Shown here in pieces: positions 1 through 11,955 of a stretch of 64,000 nt of DNA; position 1 is the stretch's first letter; each line of letters starts with the position of its first letter. The notes below the pieces were generated by a model that had not been told where the DNA came from, did no database searches, and was given only the letters and a program-made list of their open reading frames with translations. The position numbers and the translations under genes were made by a program. The DNA is taken from NCBI GenBank assembly GCA_965649765.1, contig OZ287751.1:84320001-84384000 (forward strand), written 5' to 3'. This DNA comes from Bispira polyomma. Taxonomy: Eukaryota.

Positions 1-385
1 GGGAGAGTTGTTTCTTGTTTGGATAATTAGATTGATCTGTTGGGATAATGTGTTTGGAGATTATCTTGATATTATAAAATATTCTTCCCCCATTTTAATT
101 AATTAATGTGGCCTCTCTATTATCCGAACATAGTGAGGGAGTTAATTCTTCTTTGGATAATATAATGTTATCTGGCCATAGTGAAGGAGTAGGGTTTTGT
201 TTGGATAATTAGATTGATGTGTGGATATGTGTTGAAGAATATCTTGATATTAGATGTAATTTCATATGTCATTTTAAATGTCATTGTTCTCCCATTTTAA
301 TTAATTACTGTGGCTTCTCTATTATCCGAACATAGTGAGGGAGCTGATTCTTCTTTGGATAATTAGTTTGATCTGGTGGGATAAT
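1..385 (+). repeat. Degenerate tandem repeat, same family as the array at 60880-62200
   Basis: Recurring CTCTATTATCCGAACATAGTGAGGGAG and TTGTTTGGATAATTAGATTGAT blocks that also recur at 60880-62200. Confidence 0.85.
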
Positions 386-924
386 CTTGAGAGCGGTGGA
401 TCTTCATCCTGTGTGTTGAGATTTCCTGTATCCTCTTCTTCCAAACTATTGTCATTCTCTTCCAGAATTAGTGTCTCCGCATTACTTTTTCTATAACACC
501 ACATCATGCAGTTACATTTTATTAAATTTTTTGTAATTTAATTATGTTGTTCAGTAGTTGTTTTCTTGGATGCCAATTCTCAATCAGCGATGCCCATTTC
601 GCATGAATGCCTCGTCCCTACTACTTTCCTCAATGATGAGTATATACATACATACAGCAAAGAAAGGGTTGAATGTTCTTTATCTTCATCTCTGAAAAAT
701 ATGAATATGAATCACCATCTCTGGTTATTATCAGAAAGTTTGCCGTGCCATAGACGTTGGATACCGCGATGGAATTATATGTGGTCCAGATAAGCCCCAA
801 GTGGGGACGGGCATGGTAGATTTTTTTGATAAAAGATGAAACATTGTAATGTATTGTTGATTTACAAATGAAGCAGAATATTTGTTATGCCAATCAATAT
901 TTGGAGGGGCAGGAGTAGCAGTTG

Positions 925-1130
925 TAATGTCTTGCCAGAGTAATGTATTGGTGATGTAATTGTGATGTACGTCCTTGCAGTATCCACAGTAGCACTTGTA
1001 ATATATTGGTGATGTACTTGTGATGTACTTCCTTACAGTATCCAGAGTAGCAGTTTTAATATATTGGTGATGTAGTTTCTCACAAAGTCTTGCCAGAGTA
1101 AAGTATTGATGATGTAATTGTGATGTACTT
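925..1130 (+). repeat. Short degenerate tandem repeat (about 55-60 bp unit)
   Basis: Repeated TATTGGTGATGTA..TGTGATGTAC..CCTT.CAGTATCCA.AGTAGCA blocks. Confidence 0.75.
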
Positions 1131-1235
1131 TGTTTTGTTACAAATTAAAATAAAAGAGTTTGGATTTCAGTTACTTCTGTTATTTCATCTTATCTTTTTA
1201 TTAAAATTTTACCTTTGCAAACCAGAGGGCTAGTT

Positions 1236-1745
1236 ATTTGGTCTTGGGTTTGAACCCAGTTGATGGTGGTTGAGACAATGGCCATTTGAAACTTTTGAAA
1301 GTCAAATGACTAGTTCTTTGCTCCTGGGTTTGAACCTAGTTGATGATGGTTGAGATAAATGTCCCTTTGAAAATCAGATGACTAGTTCTTTGCTCCTAGG
1401 TTTGAACCCTGTTAATGGTGGTTGAGATAAATGTTCCTTTGAAAGTCAGATGTCTAGTTCTTTGCTCCTGGGTTCGAACCCAGTTGATGGTGGTTGAGAC
1501 AATGGCCATTTGAAACTTTTGAAAGTCTAATGACCAGTTCTTTGCTCCTGGGTTTGTACCCAGTTGATGGTGGTTGAGACAATGGCCATTTGAAACTTTT
1601 AAAAGTTAAATGACTAGTTATTTGCTCCTGGGTTTGAATCAAGTTGATGGTGGTTGAGATAAATGTCCCTTTGAAAGTCAGATGACTAGTTCTTGCTCCT
1701 AGGTTGAACTCAGTTGATGGTAATAAATTGCCCTTTGAAAGTTAG
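1236..1745 (+). repeat. Tandem repeat (alternating units of about 65-75 bp)
   Basis: About 7 copies of GACTAGTTCTTTGCTCCTGGGTTTGAACCCAGTTGATGGTGGTTGAGA. Confidence 0.9.
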
Positions 1746-1775
1746 TTATAAAATAAAACAACAACAAGAAGAAAT

Positions 1776-2500
1776 ATGGATACCTCACTCTGCAAATGTT
1801 GTGCAAGCTACAGCAAACTGTGTTTATCAGAGTGGCTACTTTTGGACCATGGTGCAACTTCCCACTGAGGCATCTGAACCTATTGACGAGGAGCCCAAAA
1901 ACATTTTCAACAACTCTCCTTGCGTGGGACAGGCGGTAATCTTCTCTTCATATGATATTGAAGTGAACCGCTTGTAGTTGAAGAACTGCAATCCACTGTG
2001 AGGGGGCTTTAATAAGGCAACGTGTTTCCCATCTATGCCACCAATACAATGGGAAAAGTTCCATCTTTTCTTGAAAAGTTCTGCAATATCAGTCCAGCCC
2101 TGGGGTGTATCCGGAGCAGATATAACTTCATCAAGGTATTCCGCCTCTATGGCATGGCAAGCTTCCCAGATAATCACAGACACTGTGTTGTGTGCTACAC
2201 GAAAACCATAGACCAGAGATTTGTAGTCCGAACCAGTAGCCAGGTACCTCAGGGTGATGGCCACCATTAACACTTGTTCTAGGGGAGCCCTTAAATTGAC
2301 CGTTTTCCTTCGCAGTCTTGGTTGCAGGCGTTGGACCAGTTCTCGGAACAGGATCAATCTTGGTGAAATTCTTATAACTGGCAGGTCCTCAGCCTCAAGC
2401 TTCGGTAAGGTGCTTGTAGAATCCAAAGAGTGGTCCTAAGTATCCAGGGCCTGGTCCACACCTGCCTCTGGAATTGCTCCAATACAAAGTTAAAAACCAT
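1776..2500 (-). pseudogene. Harbinger DDE transposase (HARBI1-like), frameshifted and internally deleted
   Basis: Start MVFNFVLEQFQRQVWTRPW (ATG at 2500), then ITLRYLATG, WNFSHCIGGIDGKHV and FFNYKRFTSI. After a deletion and frameshift it reads RLSHARRVVENVFGLLVNRFR...CCSLHNICRVRYP. Confidence 0.92.
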
Positions 2501-3082
2501 TGCTGAAGTTGTTGAAAAATCCAGTGAAAAGTAGAATGAAATTCGAATAATGAGGGAAAGTTTGTACGATCAACTCCTATATATACCCCCGAGAAACGGC
2601 TGCAAAAAAATACCTTGCATAAGTGAAACGTCCCACACATATTCGATGCGGGAGAAAGGCAATGTACGAAATGGAAGTGTGAGGGACGTAATAGGCTTAA
2701 TCCAAGCGTACTTGGAGCATGAGTGAAGCAGCTGAAGCGTAATAAACGCATCCCAAACGTAGTAAGCGGAATTAAAATGTAGGGGAAACGTGTGTAATAC
2801 TTGACCAAAACGTATTAAACATTTTTAAACGTAATAAATAACGTGTCGGGCGTGACAAGCATGATTAAAACGGCAGATAAAAATCACATTCCATGCGTGT
2901 CAGTATACGGAAGAAACGGGAAGAAAACTGATTAAACATGCCTAAAGCGTAATATAAGCGGCTTGGATGTAATTTTTGGCTTAGGCTCCTTTACGCTAAA
3001 CAAATTGTCTTCGTTTACTTGCGTTTTCTCACGATTGTCAAAAAAATGTAAGCAAAATGTAATCAGTGTGACCACAGCATTA

Positions 3083-5260
3083 CTGTACAACAGCAGCTCC
3101 ATTCATGATTCTGGCATCAACGGAAAGTAGTGGCCCAATTTGTGCGTCAACTTCAATGCATGCCAGTAAACAAAAAAAATGGGGCACATGGATAATTTTC
3201 ATGTTAAAATGATGCATCTAAATCACTATCCCGGTATTGCATTACAATATAGAGCTGTGAGAAGAGGGCTACATCAGTTTTTGATTGGCTCATGAAATGA
3301 TTTTGTGCATTCAATCAACACTGATTTGTAGTAGTGGTTGTACTGGGCAACGCCAATCTTTCCCACTGTTTGTACAGTGGTGACTACAGACTTATCCATG
3401 ACTCATCCATTCAAGGATTTCCCTTTTTATGGAAGATATTGATGATGTCTTGAGTTTGTTGCTTGAACGTTTTCTGAAAACCTTCTTCATGACGGCACTG
3501 GCTGTCATCTTCTCTGGAAAGGTACTGGTCCTCAAACTTTAGCAGGCTCTCCGTGTCTTTGATATGTACAGGAATCCACCGAGCCTAATTTGGTGATTAA
3601 AAGCCAAGAACCAAGGAACCAATGCCTTTAGACACTTCACATACATAGCAAAGTTTTGATCTCTATGCACCCTGGCAAAAATCAGTCCCAACAACTTCAT
3701 GTTCAAGATGGTATCCCAATACTTGAAAGAGGAGAATTTCTCGATCATGTTTCTTTTCTAGGGCCATTTACCCTCCACTGAGTGTGGCTCACCTGTGGCA
3801 TCATAAGAATCCTGTTGAAGTTTGGCTAGAGCCAAAGCAGTCAATTGATGAGCATGTCTTGTCCTTGTCAGATGGGCGACGCAGAGAAAGGAATCAGCTC
3901 TGCTTAGAGGTGACATCCCTTCCTGTGCTAATGCTGCTGTCCAGCCTGAACCTTCGAGGTAGTTCATGTAAGTATTACACAGTGCCATCTCAGTGTGGAG
4001 ATCCCCTATCATTATGACATACTTTTGTTCTCAATGTGTCTGAGTCTAGTTTTACTGGATATACTTTGCTGGGTCGTAAAGTGGAGCATCCACTGCAATA
4101 AATGGTATCTGTCCAGGGCTGAAGAATTCTGTAGCTTCTTGATGGATGTTTTCCATGTTTTATCATAGGTGCTGTTGCAGCCTTCTTATTGAGCGGAGGT
4201 GAAGCTGTGTCATCGTGGCCAGCAGTTCATTTGAGGTGCCGAGTGACTTAGCATGATAGGCTGACCAAGCCACAGTGTCACCCTTGTGTTCAAACATTTT
4301 GCATTGATGAGTTTTATGGCATGCTGCAACCAACCATTTTCTTCTGTCCTAGCTTCTTCTGTCCTGTGGGTACAGCCCAGATACGGTCTTTGTGGGTTAT
4401 TTGTTTGTAATCACTTTGTTTGTTCAAAGATGGACATGAAGAGAGCCGCTTCCGGTTCATCCCTTCGGCTGTCAGTTGAACACTGCCTCGACCCCGGCTT
4501 CTCACCACAGTATTGGTCTATTTTGTGGTTATTAAGTCCTGGCAAATACCAAGGTTTGTTGTTATTGGAAATTGGAACATACTGAATTCTGTTCCATAAA
4601 ATAACACTTGTGATTCAAGTTGTCTAGGGCGGCAACAGTAAATAGACCATGTTGTAGTTGAGAGGGGCAGACTACACCTTGCTTTTTCGTTCACCTTCAG
4701 ACAGATATTGCCAGTTGCTTTTCTACTTGCAATGTTCGGTCATAGCTGACGCTAAGAGCAAGCGCATACAGTTGAATAATAAACCTTTTTAACTGAATCT
4801 TGTGAGGATGCTCAATTGAACATTGACCAGCAATGGTGGTTCAGAGTGACATGATGTACATGTGCTTGATGCACGCTGCTTGCAGTTGAAAATGATAGAC
4901 TGAGAGATGGTGAGACCTTTTCGTGAATCTAATAGCTCTTGGTCTTTCAAATTTTCCCATTCAAAAGCATAGAGTCAAGCAATTTCAAATTACTAGGTAG
5001 TGACTTCTCTTGACATTCAACAAGGAAAGAACCATTAAATGGTTGCCGATCCGATGTGAATATATAGTGTCTAACTATGTTTGCAGCTTTTGCAAGAACA
5101 GCAACATCATTTTCATAGTTAAATTGAAATCTTGTTTCAACATTTGCTGCATGCCATTTGGGAAGAGATGATAATGACATTTTCCCATCATTTTGCTCCT
5201 GCACTTCTGGAAAATGTGCCAAGATCTTCTGTTTGAAGTGAACTTTGTTTTAGTGATGAG
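3083..5260 (-). pseudogene. Academ-like transposase, many stops and frameshifts
   Basis: ORF pieces 4947-5222, 3758-4012 and 3539-3748, plus intervening frames, are colinear fragments of one large protein. Confidence 0.7.
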
Positions 5261-5587
5261 GTGAGCTGTTTGTGAATAAATCTGCCATATTAAAGCACAA
5301 CTTAAGACACATATCTTAAAATAAATACAAGTTGTCAATAATAGGCAAATCAATATCAAACATAATTTCTACTATTTTACTATCTAGTAATGCTTCCTGT
5401 GAACTTCTAACTGTGATAATTGGTAAGTTATCCGAGTAAAGATGGTTTTCGACATCACTGTGAATGACTCATTTAATGTAAAAATGCAATTTTTCGGTTT
5501 TTGCCAATAAATGGTAAATGGTTACAATATTAAATTGTTAAATGCCTCCCACCCCAAATCCATTACTTATGGTCTAATAAAACAATA

Positions 5588-5744
5588 CGTCAGGTATATT
5601 AATACAATAAACACTAGAGCAATGTTTCACAACTTTATTATGTCCAAATATATGTATATTTCAAAGTCACGGCGAACAACACAAAGTAAACAAACCAAAG
5701 ATACCTACTAAATGCCGAAGGACACAAACCACAATAACGTGGCG
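5588..5744 (-). repeat. 3' LTR (part matching the other LTR; may extend to about 5890)
   Basis: About 160 bp closely matching 11132-11290. A possible true end is CTGATA at 5890, followed by a short pyrimidine run. Confidence 0.85.
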
Positions 5745-6491
5745 CAATGCTTACTTTCTTCTCTACCGATAACAAGATAATATTACAGATTAAGAGAACT
5801 AACAACATCAAATAAGTATACATTCAATGAGTAACTCAACTGTTGTAATTAGTAATTACACTAGACATAAGTATTAACTAAAGGCTGATACATCCTTCAT
5901 TAATAGAAATTTTCAGGGGGGTTTTTAGAATGACTATGTTAAAAATTACATACAGACAGTAGTGAACAGCAGTGTAATTAACCTGATGAACTAGAATTAA
6001 CAAATGATGTTTGGACATTAGATTACTTTATTACAAAGACTAAAAATACTAGTTGCAATGTGACATGTAAGATACAACAAATTTGGTAAAAATAAACTTA
6101 AATAGTGTAAACATTACTAGTATGGCAGTTACAAATGAAAGAAAGGCTGTACAGTGTCAAATGTCTAAGCATTGGATTACTTTATGCACAAACATATATA
6201 ACCAAGTCTTGCTAGGCGAATAACATTTGGACAGAAACTTAAGCTAAAGTCCAATAGGTGAGGCCATTATCCTCTTAATGACTATAATGTAGGTTTGTGA
6301 CTTGGCCATAAGTAATGGTAGCTATGAGAGAATGTAGTCATTGAGGTGTCGTGAGGACGCCAAGGCCTACGAGTACGTGAGTCGGGGAGGCCCGTATTGG
6401 CAGGGTGGCTGTCAGTGGAGCTCTTTGCAGGCGATCGCGGTTCAGCTATTGAGTCATCAATAATGGAAGTAGAGGGAGGCGGTGCCTGCTC

Positions 6492-9400
6492 CTACAGTGC
6501 ATGTTCGTCTGGTACAAAGCCGGCACAATGTAACGGAATGCGGGCAGATGACTGATATGCATCTTCAGATGTGTCGCTTGCATAAGGATCCAAGCCATTA
6601 AAGGTATGACCATGAGAAGAGAGGTGTGATGTGGGAACGAGGTAAACTTCGCTGTATTTCAGCTCATAAGATTTGGCACGGAATTGAGAACCCAAGAGCT
6701 TCCTTGCCCACAGACAGGTTTTGTCCAAAGAGGTTACAAGATACTTTTCCATTGCTGTGTGTTTACTACCATCCTGTTTTACGTACACTAAATCACCCAC
6801 TTTAACATCAGCCTTTGTAGCCAACCTTCCACTGGGTAGCTTGCTAAGGGCACTAGACGGGTGGTTAGCCTTACGATTTGCTAGTAGGCGAGTATCTGCA
6901 AGGGTACCATCAGAGAAATTCAACTTATCGCCAGTGTAATTATCTCGTTGGAAGAGGATTTCTTTTTTACTGAGACCGCGATTGCGCACCCGGGTATTTA
7001 ATGTAGCAGTAATAAGAGCTAACTGATTCACAGGGCCACCTTCAGCATTGGCTATTTTCAATTTCTTTTCAAGTTCTTGAATTGCCTTTTCAGCTACAGG
7101 GTTTTTATTCTTATTTTTAACACGACCAACTTCATGTTGAGATGAGAGAGAGAGCAATCTTCGAGTAAACTGTTGAATGCAGATGCTCCATCAACACGAA
7201 TAGTACAGCCAGAGACATCTTTGAGATCAGTAGTTGATTCAATAATAGCCGTGCAGAGGCTGTTGGCTTGTTCATTTGAGATAATCCTTGTGATAGTGAA
7301 TGAAGAGAAAGTATCACGTATGAGAAATATTTTTTGACGGGCGCGGCACAATACATCACATGCAAACTGTAAACCTGGGCGAGTAGGTGAGGAAGAGGTA
7401 GAAAAATCTTCCATCTCTCGAGGTAATGAAGCAATAGCTGCACACTGAGCACACTGGTGAGATACAATGTAAATTTTTTTGTCCATATCCAAGGCAAAGA
7501 AGTACTGGTGACATAACTTTGCTAACTGAGATTTCCTTTGGTGATGTAGCTTGCAATGCAAAGCATTGAGTAGGCCTGCGAGGACATGATGTGGTATAAT
7601 GGTGAGTGATCTTGTCGGAGCAAAAGGAAGATCCTTTTTCACCACTAACAAGCCTTCATGGGCTAATGTAGCAACTCTGAGGTAGCGCTTGACATCTTCG
7701 ATCTTGCTACTTTTCCGATTTGGCCTAGTACCTTGAGCTAAGTGAACATAGGTGCGGCGGAGTGAAAGGCAATCCTGCTGCGTGGCATTCCAGGCAGCAC
7801 TTGATAGAAATGGCATTTGAAACCGGCCATTAATTATGTCGGAGATAACCAGCTTGGAGACTGTGATATGGGTGCAATCGTGAATGAATCGGCAGATTTG
7901 ACAGTCTTGAGTGTCACACTCCATTGGGTGGCGAGAGTGGTAGTCGGCGGGGAGATTTTTAGCTCCAGATATGTTCAGTAGGCTTACCTTAAAGCGACTC
8001 AAGGTGGACAAGAACGTGGACACGCGAGCACTTGAAGAGAACTCACCTCGACACAGCTTTCCATATGCCTGAACACAGTGGCGAGAATTGGTAAGGATTT
8101 GGACTACATTTTGAGATTCCAGGATGTATGCAGCCCAGTGGTTTATGGATGCACTGATATCTAGAGCTTCAATTTCACATTGTAACCAGTTGCGCTGATG
8201 TTACTTAAGCCTGGCTGAGTAGAAACCACCAACTAGCATTTGCCCGTTTGAACAGAACAGAACCGATTCCGCCAATAGAAAAGACACCATCATTGGTAAT
8301 GACCAGTCTGTCTTTTGGAGATGGTATCACTACTGTACGGGTGTCTTTGAGAGATGACTGAGCAGCAGCAAAATTTGATGACAGCTGACCATTCAATAGT
8401 TTTATGGGATTCTTGGCTGGCGGTAGCAGACTCCAGAGGAGAAAGTAGTGTGGAATGCATGCCTTAAGGTGTTTTAATGCTCCACACCATGAGCGGAGGC
8501 CTTTGACAGTCTTGGGCGGGGTGGCCTTGACTAATAGTATAATTTTGTGCGGAGAGGCCTGTATGCTCCCTGCAGACCAAATCCAGCCCAAGATAGTTGT
8601 GGTAATGGGACAAATGCAAGATACGCTCCCAGTTGACTAGAAGTTCAGCAATGGAGTTGGCTCCTGTGTAGAGATCATCAGTTATTTTCATGACTTTGCC
8701 TTGATGCATGAGGTCACCTATTACTCAAGATATGAGCTCATCTAGGTGCTCTGTAGAAACAGGCATACCCATGGCTGCTCGTGTGTAGACTCTCAAACCT
8801 TTAAAGCGGGTGAGGACTCCTAGGTACTTCATTGAAGATTTCTGCATTGGGAGCTGAAAAAACTGCTTAGTCAAATCAGTTTTGATGATATACTTGTGAC
8901 CAGCCAAAGAGCGCAGAACATTGTCAGTGGTGGTGATACACGATGGAGAGAGTTTTGTATATGAACCAATATTGTTGAAGGCGGTTACAAGGCAAAAGTC
9001 ATGTTCTTCCTTTTTGACCAAAAAACTGGGTGAGACATATTATATTTTAACTCCAACGTCTTCAGGATAAGCAAGAACGCCCAGTTTCTTAAGGTCATCC
9101 ATTTTGTCTTGCAGCAATCGTAACTTTTCAAAATTATAAGAGGGAAGCCTGGCCTTGGTGGGAGGAGAATCAACTGGGCCCATATTGATGAATGCACGTA
9201 CACGGCCAGAAGCATCATTATGTTTGTCAATATGCTTGTTGAATACCTCATCATAGTGCACATTGAGACGTACAAACAAGTTTTTTTCTGAAGGGGTCAA
9301 TTGATGATCAGGGTCTATATCAACAGCAGTAGAATGTCTGTCATTGATGCAACATGATGTATCCTGTGGATTAGCTTTGGTGCTATCCCTTGGGGAGGTA

Positions 9401-10080
9401 TAGGGCCTCTGAATATTTTGAGTGTCAGTGGAAAAATATACCTGAGCAACGTGTTGATGTTTCCTGATGGCTATAGGGTCACGGGATAGGTTAGCAATGC
9501 GTATTTTACCATGTACTGCAGAAGTGATTGCTGGTTGTAACCACAGGTGTGTGTTGGTGTCAAATCTGGGTTCAACTGCTATTGTAGTTGTATCTGAAAA
9601 TTCTAGAGGAGCTTCAACCTCTACAAAGTCTCCAGGAAACAGCGTCTGATGGGTAGGGGCTCTCAGCAGAAACGATTGTGAACGCCTTACTTCAGATGGG
9701 GTATTGTCTTTGCGGTTTGATCTATATGAGATAGTGTGTTTCCCCTGAATAATCATCCTGTCAGTTGGTATATTATTGTCTCTCATGGATGGGACACCAG
9801 CTAATATGTCACAATCCAAATCTGCTACAACAACTGCTTGCAGGTGAAATGATAGGGTCCCTATAGACAGTTCCACATGAACTTCTCCAAATGCTTTCAT
9901 ATGTGTCTTGCCGTCAGCTTGACTTGCAGAATGTAGTGTAGGAGATATTGGCATCTGTAATTTAACAGCAAAATCATATCTGATGAGTGAAGAGGTAGCA
10001 CCAGAATCACAAGTAATGATAACAGGAGTGTGATTGTAAAACTAGGAGATGCTGAGGTAGTGACTTTTTTGACTGTGGTA
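6492..10080 (-). pseudogene. Gypsy pol (protease, RT, RNase H, integrase), frameshifted
   Basis: Protease ITCDSGATSS near 9990-10020; RT YIIKTDLTKQFFQLP, YTRAAMGMP and KITDDLY; RNase H ITNDG and NLPADYHSRHP; integrase H-H-C-C (LHCKLHH...CAQC), FACDV, VDGA and AEKAIQE. Confidence 0.92.
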
Positions 10081-10106
10081 TTGTTCCCCTGACCATTATG
10101 GCCTAG

Positions 10107-11044
10107 TCATTCATCTCCTTCCAAGTCTAGGTCGTCAAGCTCTACGGAAATGCTTTCTTCATCCTCAGGGGATGAGTGTGTGTCTACTTTGAATAATTTA
10201 AGCATATCCCTTTTTTTAGCTTTAGAAATGTAATCACATTGGGAGACAGAGTGGCCAAAGTAAGGTCTTTTTTCAGCTTTACAAATTCGGCACTGAGGCT
10301 TTGAGTTGGCTGACTTTAGGCGTGTTTGAGGACCATACTGAAGTCGCTTCTTGTAAGGAGGAGGCCTTTTCTGTTTGTATGGAGTGAAGAATCGAGATGC
10401 CTTGACCTCGTCATTACGTAATTCCTCTAGAAAACCATCCAACGCATCTGCAATTTGCGGCTGTAATTCCTTCAATGTCATTCTCTGTAAATCGTAAGCA
10501 AATGTGCGTTGCACCAGTGCCGGAAGAGAGGGGTGGATGAGCTCCATCTTTTTCTGGTTTGGTGTCAATATGTTTTAGCTTGGAGTCCTTTCGCAGCAGG
10601 TTATCTTGCAAGTGTGCAAGGATGCGTTGGTATAACTTCTCCGGTCGTTCACCATCCTCCCATGTAATGGAAGAAAACTTCATAAACTGTGTTTTAGACT
10701 GTTGGAAGCCATAGTACTTTCTGATGAATTGCCATATGCTATCTATACTGGTACTGTTACGGACAATGTCAGTAATGAGGTACCCACTGTGTAATTAGGC
10801 CCAACATTTGCTCCAAGTGGGCAGCTTTCTGCTCCTTTGTCAGTCCCTCCCGATTGGTAAAGCCCCTAGAGGGATTGTCTGAGGTCATTCTCAGCCAAGT
10901 AGCACCAGTTTCAATGAATGGTTTATATTCCACATCCCTAGAAAGTGTATAAATAATATTGTGCTTCCAGCTGGTAAATGAAGAGAAGGATTCATCTTAA
11001 GTAAGCTTCCAGGGCTTGGGACCACATGCGTGTGATGTAGCCAT
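10107..11044 (-). pseudogene. Gypsy gag, disrupted
   Basis: ATG at 11044 (MATSHACGPKPWKLT*DESFSSF..WKHNIIYTL), then ERPEKLYQRI and a C-terminal zinc knuckle CRIC..H....C. Confidence 0.85.
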
Positions 11045-11112
11045 GACTGGTGATATATCTGGGAAGGTTATTTAGAAAACTCAGCTATAACAGTGTTTAG
11101 TCTTTCAGCATG

Positions 11113-11131
11113 GGTAAAACCGCTGTCACCA
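11113..11131 (-). promoter_or_regulatory. Primer-binding site (tRNA-Leu-like)
   Basis: Minus strand reads TGGTGACAGCGG immediately inside the 5' LTR. Confidence 0.8.
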
Positions 11132-11290
11132 CATCAGGTATATTAATACATTAAACACTAGAGCAATGTTTCACAACTTTATTATGTCCAAATATATGTA
11201 TATTCCAAAGTCACGGCGAACAACACAAATGTAAAGAAACCAAAGATACCCTACTAAATGCCAAAGGACACAAACCACAATAACGTGGCG
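11132..11290 (-). repeat. 5' LTR (probably truncated distally)
   Basis: Matches 5588-5744 and is adjacent to the PBS. Confidence 0.85.
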
Positions 11291-11955
11291 ATGAAACAAA
11301 AATGATGCTTTTGTCCAGTTATTCTCCTAAAAATTGCTGAGCTCTCTGACTATAGTGCCCGAGAGTGTGATTGGATTAAATATTGGGTTTTCTCTTTTTA
11401 TAAGGATTGGAATGTTATATATACAAATTCAACAAATGCCCATTACTAATGTTACTAATGTTTTTAATCGATCTTATATTATATAATTGTGGGAGTGATA
11501 GCAGATGTAAAAACGTTATCAGTGGTATGTAATTGAATTTTTATACTTAATTACAAATTTCTATTTTCTATTGCATTGTGTTATTAAATAAACACATCTG
11601 GAAATGTAATGTATCAAGTTAAACTAGTTAAAATATTCGTCAGTTCCAAGTGTACAATATATATGTTGAGACTTCTTGAAGTTTAAACCTTGTAGTAACT
11701 CAAGAATCAATAATCAATTAGTAAGAATCAGTAATCAAGACCTTACAGACTTTGCAGTCAATATAATACAGATAAAATGACAACTTGTGTTATCTTATTT
11801 GCATCATGGATACAATATGTTTAAAACTCATGATCAGATCTGCAGACCAGTATAATATTATTGTAAAGTAATTTAGAGATTATTTTCATTTGGCTCTGAT
11901 GTTCAACTACAAGTCTGTATAATACTTTAATGCGTGACTAGACTTTAGCTTAAAA

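Larger units (their letters stand above)
1..3079 (-). mobile_element. PIF/Harbinger DNA transposon, family A, right part (left end outside the window)
   Basis: Contains a Harbinger transposase remnant. It ends in TCAGTGTGACCACAGCA (3063-3079) followed by TTA, the Harbinger TWA target. The reverse complement matches the left terminus TGCCGTGGTCACACTGA at 60025 with one mismatch. Confidence 0.85.
5588..11290 (-). mobile_element. Ty3/Gypsy LTR retrotransposon, near full length, decayed
   Basis: Direct repeats at 5588-5744 and 11132-11290, a PBS next to the right-hand LTR, and gag-protease-RT-RNaseH-integrase order on the minus strand. Confidence 0.93.
3083..11352 (-). mobile_element. Academ-like DNA transposon, decayed; split by the Gypsy element and cut at its 3' side by Harbinger A
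   Basis: Minus-strand remnants GDLHTEMA..GSGW..ADSFL..HLTRTRHAHQ, FKYWD..LVPWFLA and a PIN/XPG-like DARIMNGAAVVQ near 3085-3120. The terminal region resumes after the Gypsy element and ends ...GCTCTCTGACTA (TAG on the minus strand) at 11352. The superfamily call rests on recalled motifs. Confidence 0.65.

Noticed and set aside
1236-1745. Regularly spaced repeats suggesting a CRISPR array (also 41505-41730 and 60880-62200)
   Set aside because: There are no unique spacers and no cas genes; these are head-to-tail satellites inside eukaryotic transposons.
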